A DNA stretch of 64,000 nucleotides from Phoronis australis (lineage: Eukaryota > Animalia > Phoronida). Below, piece by piece: positions 51,194 through 62,839 of this stretch. The position numbers were made by a program, and so were the translations under genes. The notes beneath the pieces are model-generated. The model made no database searches. It was not told the DNA's origin and saw only the letters and a list, made by a program, of their open reading frames with translations. How positions within the stretch are numbered: position 1 is the stretch's first letter; every line of letters begins with the position of its first letter. The DNA lies in the NCBI GenBank assembly GCA_002633005.1, contig NMRA01000097.1:161445-225444 (forward strand), read 5' to 3'.

Positions 51194-53861
51194 CTGTGGA
51201 AAGTATTATTTGTCTCATTGAGTTTCATGAAGTGTCTTAAATTCACGTCCACGAGTAGAATAGACAAAATGATAAAAGTTATGTCACGGATTTTCTTGAG
51301 AGCTTTGCAATATTAATTCTGCCACTCCAGAAGTATAATACTTCAGAAGCGACCAAATGCCAAGGGTTGACAGAAAAGAAGAAATATCTCATCAAAGAGC
51401 GGTGTTTTCCCCGGACCTTGACGGTAATTCTGCTAGGATGTGCATGTAATCCATTAAACGTTGAGTACCAAAAATGTTTATTGCATATGAACGTAGGCCT
51501 TGGCATCGCAATGTAGTTCAAAGTAAAACTTAGAAAAGGATAACTTTTCAGCTGTTTGCACTGTTGCTCTTGATATATAACGCCATACTTTTAGTTCACA
51601 AAGGTGATGGCTTAGGAATAACCTAACTACACTGGCATCATCTGTCATATGCGTCAGCAAATTTCTACGCGCATCACCTTGGACAGGTCAGTGACACAAA
51701 AATGAATCTCGTTTTCTCAGCAAAAAGTATGTCTTAATTCAAAAATTCTCACGTCCTCGTTTGAACGGTTGTGTAGAATTTTAATAAGTAGGATAACAAT
51801 GTGTCAAATAACTGCAAACTCGAATGAAACTTAGAGTCAGTTCTCTAATTGGTTAAAATTTTAATTAAATCAAAATAGTTGTTTTATATTAAAATTTTCA
51901 AAGTCAGTTAATTTTGGTCCGACGCATATCAATTCAGTATAGAATAAGAAGAGCTGCATATGGGGGAAGTGGGGAAAACGTGATTCATCAGTCAAAACAA
52001 AAATCGGAAAAATATAGGAGACATATGGGGTGGACGCGGAAAAGTTTTGTTAGGAAAACTAGTGTCACGATGGGAGGACGCTGGTGTCGCGAACATTTTT
52101 TTTCGTATTCTTAATTTTAGGCAAACATATATGATATGACTAACGTCAGTCCCAGATCTGGCTTTGGATGTCTAAATCCACTTGCATTTTTATGGAAACC
52201 GATATATTTCGTTTCTACCTAAAAACATAGAGCTGCAGATAATACGTCACATCAACTGGTGCGACCATTGTGAAAAATGGCCAATTGAATATGAAAGCAC
52301 CTAAACGATGGTCTGTTAGAAAAAAATGCTTACAGGAGTATTTCGGTTATGGCGGTATTCTTGTGAGGCTATAACAAACGGTTATGTTTTGCTAATAATT
52401 CCACATTATTCTAGGTCTGCATCAGCTTGGCGATGTACTTGGAAGAACATGGGCATTGAAACACTCACCGCAGTGGTGGTATTGGGCTGTCTACACCCAC
52501 ATTGGTAGAGCTTCATATGTTTCATTGTTTAGTTTAAAAATAATGTGTGAGTTTGAAACAAGATAAAACGTCCTTGGTTTAGCCAATGTGCTTGCACACT
52601 TGAACAAGAACCTCAGAAATCCATTTATCTATTTGTTTAAGCCAGTGTAGTCTTTCTGGTTCTGTTATTAGTTTGAAAAGGTAGACGCAAAAGTGTGCTG
52701 ATCAGATTAATACAATTTAAGCTCTACGCCTGGTTGTGCCTGTTGAATTCAGCGTAATATTGGTAAAGCCACATTTCAGGACAATGCTACAGACTGTTAG
52801 AGATATGAAAAGCGCTGAGCATTACGTGGAGTTCTGTATTGCCTTATCAGACTAACCACATACATGTAAACAAGTTGATAACATAATGGGAATTGAAATT
52901 TATCGTAGTTGCCAACAGTTCCTGACCATCTTCCCTAGGTTAAGATTGTCATACAGATTAAAATAAAAAGTTACAATTTATATCTGGTTAGTCTGAAGTC
53001 CAACTTTTATTAAACACATTGCATGAAAGTTTCGTTTTACAAGAATGCACGGTTTACTCCAGGTTGTAATTGGATGGAAGTTTACCACATATATACGTTA
53101 TACTAAACTCGTGAAGAATAAATTTGTTTCGAATGCCTTAGCAGTGAGTCCAAGGTTAAAACTCCATTCAAAACAACTGGAAATCTATCCCAATGCATAT
53201 TGAATGCTTGAATCCTGGAGAGCAATTGGTTAAATCTTGGGTTCGAGTTCAAAGACTAGTTTTTTTGGCTCTGTTTGACGTGAGTGTGTGCAATTGAGTT
53301 TTACAAATCAATGTAGTGCACGATTAATATCCAACAAGTTAGGTAGTCTTATACTGATGTCTCTTACTCGTCTGGTGTTAAATTCTGGTATCTTTATTGC
53401 AGAGTGTTGCTTTAACTATCATTGGATCAGAACTGCTCTTCAGACAACACAGCGTAAAATGTTAGGAATAGTAACTCGTGAACCTATTTTTTCTCTGTAT
53501 GTACATGCACATATTATTTCCATCACTTTAAGTCTCATATAATGTCACAGACTGAGAAAAAAGGATGTGCGAATATAACATTATATTGGTTTATGTGTAT
53601 TATTAATGAGGCTTAATGACCCTGATTATTGAAATATTTCTGTTTTTTGGTTCTTGTACCTCACACATGTCCACTTATTATAATGAACTAATGTATCTTG
53701 CGCAGACACATATTATTTACGGCAATTAATCACTCATAATGGAATGTTAATAAAACCCTACTTTTGTTTAATATGTTACTATATTCCGCTGTCGTTTACT
53801 TTAGGGACAGATTGATTTCTCTGAGAACTTGTCGTAATGGTATTATGCCAATGGAAAATTA

Positions 53862-54165
53862 CAGTTTTGAAAACTTAAGTTTCCCAGAAATTAAGTTTTC
53901 AAAAAACTAAGTTTCTGAAAGTTACGTTTTTAAAGAACTTTGGTGCTTCAGAACTGATTTTCTCGAACACACATAAGTTTTCATAACTTAAGTTTTTAGA
54001 TCTTAAGTTTAAAGAACTTCAATTTTGAGGAAATTTTTGAATCAAATAAGCTATCAGAATTGAAGGTTGTTCTAATAACTTCTTCCTAAAAACGTTTCGT
54101 GATTAAAAACTTAAGATTTCCAGACCAAAAACTCAGATTTTTCTATGACAACTTAAGTTCATTTT
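53862..54165. repeat. Degenerate minisatellite built on the palindrome AACTTAAGTT
   Basis: Repeated aacttaagtt / aattaagtt / acataagtt / tcttaagtt at roughly 16-20 bp spacing. Confidence 0.7.
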
Positions 54166-54822
54166 TGTAAAGTTAGGGAAGTCAATTGCTTCGCAAGTGA
54201 TGCGCAGCTACACATCACGAATACCAGTCCATCTGTCCAAACTAAATGGTTACCTAACGCGGTTTAGGCCTATTAACATATTAAAAAGGACGTTTCTGAA
54301 CCTTTTACTGGAATAGCGCAATACTCTTTAAACCGGAACAATCCTCAAAGTTTTGGAAGGAAATATGAAAACTCGTTTCAAACTCTTGTAAATGGACTAG
54401 CATGACCTACGCTTTTAGCGAATTGCACGGCGACTGCAGGAAAACTCTCACTGAGAACAATAATATCTAAATTTATTCTTTGACATAGGGAGTATGAGTA
54501 TTTATCTGGTTCCTAATTTCATCTTTCAAGACTGACGCCTATGTCTGCATTAGCAGGTGACAAACCATGATGGGTTTAAATCATCAAGACAGAGTTTAGT
54601 ATCCTGCTGAACAATTTAGACACAGGAAAACCAGGAGACGGTGTCTTTCAGCAAATGTGATATCTAATGAACCTGCGCTAGGAATTGCAAAGTTACAACG
54701 GGTAACTTTTCGAGAAATTGCAGTGCAACGCAATAAACTTTGGTACACTGTACATGTTTCGCCCTATTTTCTACGAGAACATACATGTACCATGTGAATG
54801 TAATAAGGACAACTGAACTCAC

Positions 54823-54978
54823 CAAAAGATCGTCTCAGATCATTTTCTTCAACAGTCATGGACACACCGTTGCCATTCCAGCCAGTCTGCGCGTCCCCCA
54901 AATCTATGCCACTGCATTCCCCCACATGGAACTTAACTGTGATGTCGCCAGATATTTGTAAATCACATATGCCACCAA
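54823..54978 (-). CDS. CTHRC1-like domain 1, third exon
   Basis: VGGICDLQISGDITVKFHVGECSGIDLGDAQTGWNGNGVSMTVEE resembles CTHRC1 VEGLC..VGTC..GDASTGWNS..IIEE; ttttcag| and |gtgagt; not in the supplied ORF track. Confidence 0.9.
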
Positions 54979-55143
54979 CTGAAAAGTGAATAAAAGATAA
55001 AGATGCAATAAAATACGCAATGATGAATGGGTGGTCAGTTTTGTCTTACCGGTCACAATTCTGGCGAAAGTCTCTTCAGGAGCCTAGAATACTCAACTCC
55101 GGCAATACCCTCGTATTACTACACAAGCGAACGTAAGACTCAC

Positions 55144-55342
55144 CTTGAGCTGGCCTATAATCATCCCTTGCTTTACCCTTGTACCACACTATCTCAATTT
55201 TCCCAGGCGAGGAGCATTCTTGATCGTTGAAAGTGAAGTACCAGCGATTACAGCAATTCCCGCAGTTGTACCCGGCGCGAACAATACCTCGGAAACGCAC
55301 CCTCAATGAAGTGAAAGAATACTGCTTCTTGAAAGTTTTAGT
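55144..55342 (-). CDS. CTHRC1-like domain 1, second exon
   Basis: TKTFKKQYSFTSLRVRFRG..CGNCCNRWYFTFNDQECSSPGKIE resembles CTHRC1 FTK..SALRVLFSG..CCQRWYFTFNGAECSGP; tttcag| and |gtgagt. Confidence 0.9.
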
Positions 55343-57048
55343 CTGAAACACAGAGCGAATAGGTGTCCTAAGAGTCCAACAGCGATACGCTCAATCAATC
55401 TTATTTCTGAAAATACTGGATATTCGTGTATACTTTTACGAATACCGCAGTTATCAAATTAGGATACTCATTCACTTTATAAGGACTCACAGGTCGGGAG
55501 CTGTCGTGTCAAGGATGATACTTTTTATTTTTGAATGAACCCTTTTTGTTAATTCTATGACGTATCTTGGCATACTCTCAGAGCACAAAATCGAGAATAA
55601 ATTACCCACTACTTTGGGTCAGAATTCGTTTGAATTGTATTTAATCTGTCATAAGTATTCCTCCATACTCTTTGTCAAAATCTCAAATACGTATCGCCAA
55701 GTAGAGTCATAAAGATACAACTTAACAGCTGGGCAAAATAACGCCAAATTAAAGTGGCAAAATATCAACAAAAAACGTTATTTTCGTGCGAGAAATTTTA
55801 GCCAAACAATTCTGACGTACCCTTAACCCGCAAGTTTTGAGGACACTAGAAGCGTCAAAGAGTTGACATTATTACAACGAACATGGAGAACATTGATACT
55901 GCCAGGACGACATTACCATGAGATCATCATAGTGCTAATAAACTTTTTTAATAATGGTCATTCTGCCATAAATGTGCTGGCTGTACTTTGGAGCAAGTTT
56001 TCGGATATACAGAATTGATTGAACACGAGACATGTTTCATTATTGACAGTCTTTATTCCGTTACGTTCATATCTTCGGAATAAAAGTCTACTCTCAACGG
56101 AACATAGATAAAGTACATGTAGCTGTCAAACCGCTTTCAGTGGCGGCTTAATTGCTCACTTTAGGTACGCGTTACACAAACATGTCCATTTTCTTCCGCT
56201 TAGAAATTAGTAGCCTAACCCAACTTTTCGTTCTACTTGGTTAGGAATTCAAAATAAGTGTCAGTATTTCTGTTATGGAATAGATTATGCCGTACCTGAA
56301 TGTTTGTGTAATACATCTTTGTACTTGATAACCCACGAATTGAAGCTATTCGGTCTAGTCTGATCTCAAACTCTCAACATGCTACTACTGATTTTCGCTT
56401 GAATCTTGGGGCCATCAACTTGTACTATTCACTCATCACAATAAATTCGGGTACGGAGTGATGTCTAACTCTTATTTTGAGTTTGTAATAAAATAGGGCG
56501 GAATTTTCCGATTACGAGAAAGAAGGAAGAACTTTGTGCCCAGAAACTTTGTTTTCAAAGTAATTCATTACATCAAAGCATTGCATAGACTGTTGCGTGT
56601 TCAACAAGTCACAGTTTCCACGCAAAATCCACAAATATGAATGTGAGCTAACTTTCAATAAAAAATGACCGAGCTACATTTAAAATGTGTTAACGTCATG
56701 CTGAAACCAACCAACCTTTTGATTGGTCCTCGGCATTAATCTCTTGCTTCCTGTCACAAACCAAGGTTTGCTTGAGATCAGATGTCGGTATAAATGGTAC
56801 TATTAGATTCCTTGGAATAGCAATCAATGCGCGAGAAGTGTCCATTATTTTTTATGTGTCGAGCAATAGCTTTCTTGCTCCTGAAATCAACTCAAATTTG
56901 ACGAAGACCAACTAGAGACCAATGGTATGAAGACCAGTGACTTCAATCAAAACTTGATTTTTGAAACTGAGAAAGCACGAAGTTAATGCTGCTTTAAGAC
57001 GTGTAGCGATGAATCAGGCCACACGTTAGCAAACATCCAAAGACTCAC

Positions 57049-57143
57049 CAATAAAGTTGCGCTGTCGCTAGCAGAAAGGTAGTTCTTGTAGTAATAATGT
57101 CTGATGTTAGCAACCGGGACTTCGTCACATTCTTGATATGGCG
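57049..57143 (-). CDS. CTHRC1-like domain 1, first exon
   Basis: acacag|CGCCA ... TTG|gtgagt; PYQECDEVPVANIRHYYYKNYLSASDSATLL, equivalent to CTHRC1 NYKQCSW..DLGKI; phase 1 to 0. Confidence 0.75.
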
Positions 57144-59625
57144 CTGTGTTTAGGAAGAAGGCATATCAATGGCCATGTCTAGTATTAACATTTTGGACGC
57201 TGGTCTAGTAAATACTAGTGAGTTGGTAGTATCAAGACATTTTACATGAAAGCGTTGTGTTCATGAAGATTGGATGACATTTATAGACGCTTGTGTACAA
57301 AAAAAAAAATACAGTAGGCAGCAAGAAACAGACATTGCGACCGAAAGATAGCTTTTAAATATGTTTTACAAGATACAGCGTTCCACGTTCCCTCTCAGAT
57401 ATGCCTAAAATCATTAACTACGCCATCTGTTGACTAGTGAATTCGTCTGCTAGGAAGATGATAGGCCACAATCCGTTTCGCAGACAATGCCTCTTTCTAT
57501 CCTTGAACGGCTTAACATGATGATTACCCGACAGACAAAACCACATGGGTCAATTTCACACAACATCACCCTTCCGTTTCGTAAGAGGAGATGTGAAACC
57601 TAATCAAATCACTTTTTTCATTTCTAGTGGATTGTAATATCTTGAAAAGACTGTATACTTGTGCGATCTGACCATACTCGCAGGGAATTACCTAAAAACT
57701 CAGCAGTAATTAAGTAGAACGGATTGACAAATTATCACTGCCTGCATATTCTCAAAGAATTTGCACATTGTTGATGGTAGCACTCGATAGGTTCTTTTTT
57801 GTTTTAGGAAATAGTTGCATGGAGAGTAATTCAAACTTCCTTATGCTACCAGTGTAAAGAGGTTCAGATTCACTGTGAAACAATCTTATTAGAAAGCGGC
57901 AGTGATACAACAGGTTTCAGAATAATGAAAAACGGCAAAATGCATGCTCACCATAGCAAGTATGAAGGGGAGTGAATTAGGACATAGATATAATGAATAA
58001 ATATTGGGGCTTTTCTTTTAAGTCCAAAGCTACCGTTGCAGAAATTCCACTAGTGATGAGCCAGTTCGGCTGAAGTTCTTTTCAAATTATCATAGCGGGA
58101 AGTACTCTACAGTGCTCTTTTAAAGTGTAGTAAATGGGGTGGAAGGAATATTTCCCTATAAGAATGGGAAAAATCTTGGATAGTTTGAACAAAACAAAAA
58201 AAGAGCGGACAGCGCGGTATCCAATGTCAAGAACAATAGATGATCGACAGTGAATGTGCAGAACGATATCAACTGGATTAAAAAGATAACTCAATCTTTC
58301 ACTTTGGAAACTTTGAAGATTTACTCTTAATATTTTGTGTTGATGCACTAATTCCAATACGTAGTGCGTAGTGACGCGTAATGTTTCCTGTGTAAACAAG
58401 CTCAGGTTTACTGTATAAGCTACGTACCGGTACTCATCCTGTCATCTTCACGTGTCCGCTAAATAACGCGTACCTGTAACGCTTACGATGTATTTTGCAT
58501 GGAGTCAAGAGCCGCGGGCTATCATTGTAAGTTGATAAATTCGCTTCTTGCTAGTATCTCTTTAGGACATTTTGTATTGCCCGCATTTTGTAACGCTTGT
58601 TGTGATATTATTTGTATTCCTGTTATACTATTTTTTTAATTCCACGTATAATTTCTTCGTAGTTGATTCATATATTAAACCTTTTTTTCCGACCCGGGAA
58701 CATAGTGTGCTCTGCAAATTATTATTTCGTTTAAGCGGTTGATAGTGCAACCTAATAACTCGCCAATAAACGTATCATATCCGATCACGTGTTTTCTATG
58801 GCCCGTGACTCCTACATTTTGCAACAGTGCCGTACCAATATGTGACTGACTCAACCAAGAATATGGCATTGACCAGGATAGTGACCAGTTTAGATTTACA
58901 ATTTTACTGACCAATGTGTAGGTGTAATATCATTTGTCGTAAAAGTGCAATATTTTGTCGCGGTACTAGCGTCTACGTCCGCATATGTACCTTCAGGTTC
59001 AATTGTTTATTTATACCCAATATTGGCAGATAATGGTGCAGTGAATGAACAGTATTTGATCATTTTCAAGAACTCTTTATTAGTAGAAACATGAGTTGTC
59101 AATCAGACTAGGCAGGCTTGCTTTGTCTCAGGAATGTTCTCCGCAGACTCAAGAAACTCGTTAAAACGTAAAATCACGCAAGTCTTCACAGAATACTGCC
59201 GTGTACTAAAAGCCAGCTAGTTTTTGGCCAATTTCTTACGTCTACTGAAGACACGCATCTTCTTGCAGGACACGTCTTTCTTGCGAGAATAGAGTACCAA
59301 TCCACCAACGCACGCGCTGAGACTATGTGCAGTCTTTGGCTTCCAGTAATTTAACACTGAAACTGGGATATATTGTTTCGTGTTCTGTGACACCATATGT
59401 GTAAGGTAACAAAGCATTTGTTGCTTACGCAACAATTGTTAAGAAACAGGTACGGGGTATATGTAATCACTTAATTACTTAATACCGCGCTCAACGCCCC
59501 GTCGTCATGACCTAGTGCTCTTGACCTATCCGAATGTTAAACAGAGGAGACCTTATTGATCAGCACAACCTAGGGAATCTGAAGTCTCACATTTATGTTG
59601 TTCTGCAATGTTATGGAAGACTTAC

Positions 59626-59737
59626 CCACGCAGACGCCCACGTTGTTAGTGCAGTCTGTCACACAAGCCTGGCTCCCGTCTGAGCACTGGGCGATCGTGC
59701 ATTCGGTGTTCGAATCAGCCACGTTGTTGGCGTTGAA
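59626..59737 (-). CDS. Cys-rich exon upstream of CTHRC1-like domain 1
   Basis: ttttttcag|TTCAAC ... GTGG|gtaagt; only one frame is open: FNANNVADSNTECTIAQCSDGSQACVTDCTNNVGVCV; phase 0 to 1 fits the next exon. Confidence 0.6.
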
Positions 59738-60049
59738 CTGAAAAAAGCGATTGCATGGCTACATCTAAAATTATCATAAATGAGCAATCTCTGTTAACAC
59801 GTTGATCGCGTACCTGGTTTCTAGACAAAAGGGTCATCGGGTTCCGAGTACAAATTTGACCGTTGAAAAATAATTCATTTGCACAAATAAAGAACAAGTG
59901 TGGGCGAAGACTGTCAATAATAGATGCGTTTGCAAAATGACTACGTCGTTGTATTGACCGGGAAACAGCCAATCTAAGGCATGCTATTAACGTCACGAGT
60001 CAAAAGACCAAATGTAAAGAAAAAATTCACGTTTTTATCCAGAACTTGT

Positions 60050-61865
60050 TACAGTGTCCATAATTCAATATTAATAATCGCCTTCAACCTTCGAATAAGT
60101 GGTGTTACACGACCGATGCGAACTCATGTAATGGACACACAGTAAAACTAGGTTAATGGGGCTATTCGGAAAATTTACAATAACTAGAGGGCGCGCGTGT
60201 ACTAGTGGTGATAGATTAACAGCCTCGATTTCGCGAGCCTTTTAAATACATGGTGAAATGGCTTGAAGCTGTGTCAACTGAATCTGAGATTACGTGAAAA
60301 AGGTGCTTTTTTGAGAGCAAATAAGCACTCCCTTATACAAAGGTAAGGTTTGTGCTTATATAACCGATTATTCCATGTTTAGTCTACTGATGCCTGTTAA
60401 CTGAGGTACTCCCCGATGTCGACTTCGCGGCAGTCGCCAACGTTCGGGTCAATCTTTGTTGTGATGTGTGTTGCGATAGTTGACGTAGCACTCGGGATCT
60501 TTTCGTACATCAAAGCAGTATTATTGTTTGGAATGATTTATAACACGTCGATCAATTGCAGTTATATCAATGAATGCTGAATGTTTATGCTGTTAACTCG
60601 ATGTAGGTTTGTGAGTTACGATTACAACCCAAGCCCAATGCCATGTCAAAGGATACGTGACAAATATCCATTAGACTTTTTGTTAACTCCCTATTCTATG
60701 TCTTCCGGAAATCTATTACACGTTGAAATGGAAATGTATCATGTCTGTTTTCACGTGACCTTTGGGTTATAGGTTTGAGGGCTTGTACCGTGCAGAAGAG
60801 ATATGCATCGCTACCGTCCCTGAATGGACAAAAATTGGTTTTAAGCAGATGACTGCATATCAAGGCCTGAATTTCTGAATTAAGTTTAATTCTCTCAGGT
60901 TATTGCTGAAGGATTGCTTTTCACTTTGTCCAAAGGTAAAATAGACGGTCAGCCGGCTGGTTTCAGTTGATTTCTCTCACCTGTAACAGAATAGTCAGAG
61001 AAATGCTAACGCATTATAGAAGAAAACACGAGGCAAAACTACTTTAGTAAGGCAGATTATACTTGACGTTTCATCGTCCTGTTTATATGCAGAAACTTTT
61101 TACCCAAATGATATTTAAGATATGAATTAAAATATGTGAACCCGGCTAAACGTCGTTTAACAATGTGTATTTTTCACGAAACCTAAAATGTGCTTCTGTT
61201 CTCACGTAAAATTCATTCTAGGTGTCAATTTTTATTCCAACGCAATGTTACGACGTTTACAGAATAGCTTATTCATGTTAATTCGGCAACTAATCTGGTA
61301 GTCCTGGGGATACGGTCCGCCATAAAATAAGGAAACTCACTCATCTAGAGAAGTTTATTGGACATAGCATATCTTTGAAGAGAAACTGCTGTGAAAAAGT
61401 CACTCATGACTTCTTCACGTACTATACACCTCTTATATTGGGCGCATTCCCACCCAGGACAGTATGTGAATATGTGCTGCTAGCCTATCCGACATCCAAG
61501 TCCCGGGTGAGTTTCCGAAAAGAAAAACTTAGTTCCATTCAATAAACCCGTTATTCATTGGGATAACTGGAGGGGATAACATCAACGAACGATGTCTATA
61601 GAAACTTGATTGCTAAAAACTTACCAAGTATCGTTACGTAGTCTCCCAATGGGGCTTCGGCATCCACACACTTTTTTCAGTTGGTTGACTCTTTTGACCG
61701 CAATTCTCCACGAATGTAGTAACCATAGGTGTTTTGGGTAATTGTGACCACCTGTCGAAGACTTGCACCGGGGAAAATATCAATAATAAGGCTTAGCGCG
61801 AACGACGTATTTTGATAACAATCCGTCTGTTCACCAGTTCTTTACATGCAGACAGCGACGCACGC
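60050..61865 (-). mobile_element. Decayed THAP + PIF/Harbinger (ISL2EU-like) DDE transposase
   Basis: THAP-like 5' part similar to 30590-30870; GDCREVDI..TW..YKH (IDCTE..TWS.YK-like) at about 60350-60440; VRIGRVTPLIRRLK (RIHVER.I.RLK-like) at about 60080-60125. Confidence 0.5.
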
Positions 61866-61959
61866 ACAATTCGAATTGGTTTGACAATTTGCCGAGATGA
61901 ATATGCATTGGAACGCAAAGCGGTATCTGCCTGACAACCTATTTCGCAACTGCTACTCC

Positions 61960-62175
61960 AGCCTAAAAAATAGCTGCCGACTAGTGAGTCGGCTGATGGC
62001 CGGTCGGCAGTTTAGGTTGGCAGTAGAGTCGGCTGGGGATCGCCTCACGATTCGGCACAGCGGTCGGCTTCCGGTCGGCTGAAAATTAGCCGACTGGTCG
62101 GTTAATTTGCCGACCGGTCGACGGCCGGTATTCGACTCCTAGCCGACCGGTCGGACAAAAATTCGCGATGTGTGT
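61960..62175. repeat. GC-rich cluster of CCGACCGGTCGG-type palindromes
   Basis: Multiple gccgac/gtcggc half-sites in both orientations. Confidence 0.65.
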
Positions 62176-62839
62176 TGTATACAGTGTACCTTGCACTATT
62201 TGGCTACTCAGATACAGTGAATACTCTGCAGTTTTGCAAAAGGATGCGTTACAAACAACACAGGTCTGCGTCTATAATAAAATGTTACTCAGATCAGACC
62301 CCAACATGCAATATAAAAGAGTCTAGCATGTAACTAGAAAACACGTGAATTTTACATTTCAACAGACCTACAGTAGGAATGAATTGTCAAATCGCCTATT
62401 GATGTGATTTTTAAAGAGTTTTATTGTTAGTTCGCTACCATACGGTTTAGCCTGAAGAAATGCTAGGAAACGTCTTTTTGAGCGGCAACAAAGAAAGAAT
62501 CCTGGCTACATAAACCATTGTTTTGCCATTTATGTTGCGGATTATGTGCTCGGAATATTATGCACCCAAAGAGCTACATTACCCTTGTTAGATAGATCTA
62601 ATACATGTGCCACTGGCGCAAGGAAATTTTAATGTTCCCTTGTAAGCAATGCTTTATTTCCATGTCTTTGAACATGAGCACCCAGGCAAGGGCCTTCATG
62701 CCTGCTTTCACACACTTGCAGGTAGGACATTATTTATAGAACAATAATCTTGCTACAACAGAGGTTGGTGATAGGTGAGTGCTTGTAACATGTAAAATGT
62801 AATTATGAAATCCAATGGCTTGGTTTTTTTCAAATATGT

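Larger units (their letters stand above)
36018..59737 (-). other. Multi-exon gene model (5' incomplete): Cys-rich segment - CTHRC1_C-like 1 - FN2 - CTHRC1_C-like 2 - CTHRC1_C-like 3
   Basis: 11 exons with canonical GT-AG sites join in frame; total 1647 nt. Each CTHRC1-like domain is split over three exons with the same 1-0-1-1 phase pattern. Confidence 0.82.

Noticed and set aside
52469-52490. Possible micro-exon on the minus strand with a gtgagt donor
   Set aside because: No polypyrimidine tract; the 22-nt version breaks the frame; the flanking exons already join in phase.
58000-59600. SWIM/YqaJ partner ORF of the 60-62 kb transposase on the plus strand
   Set aside because: Only faint motif traces amid many stops, and a credible host exon lies between the two parts.
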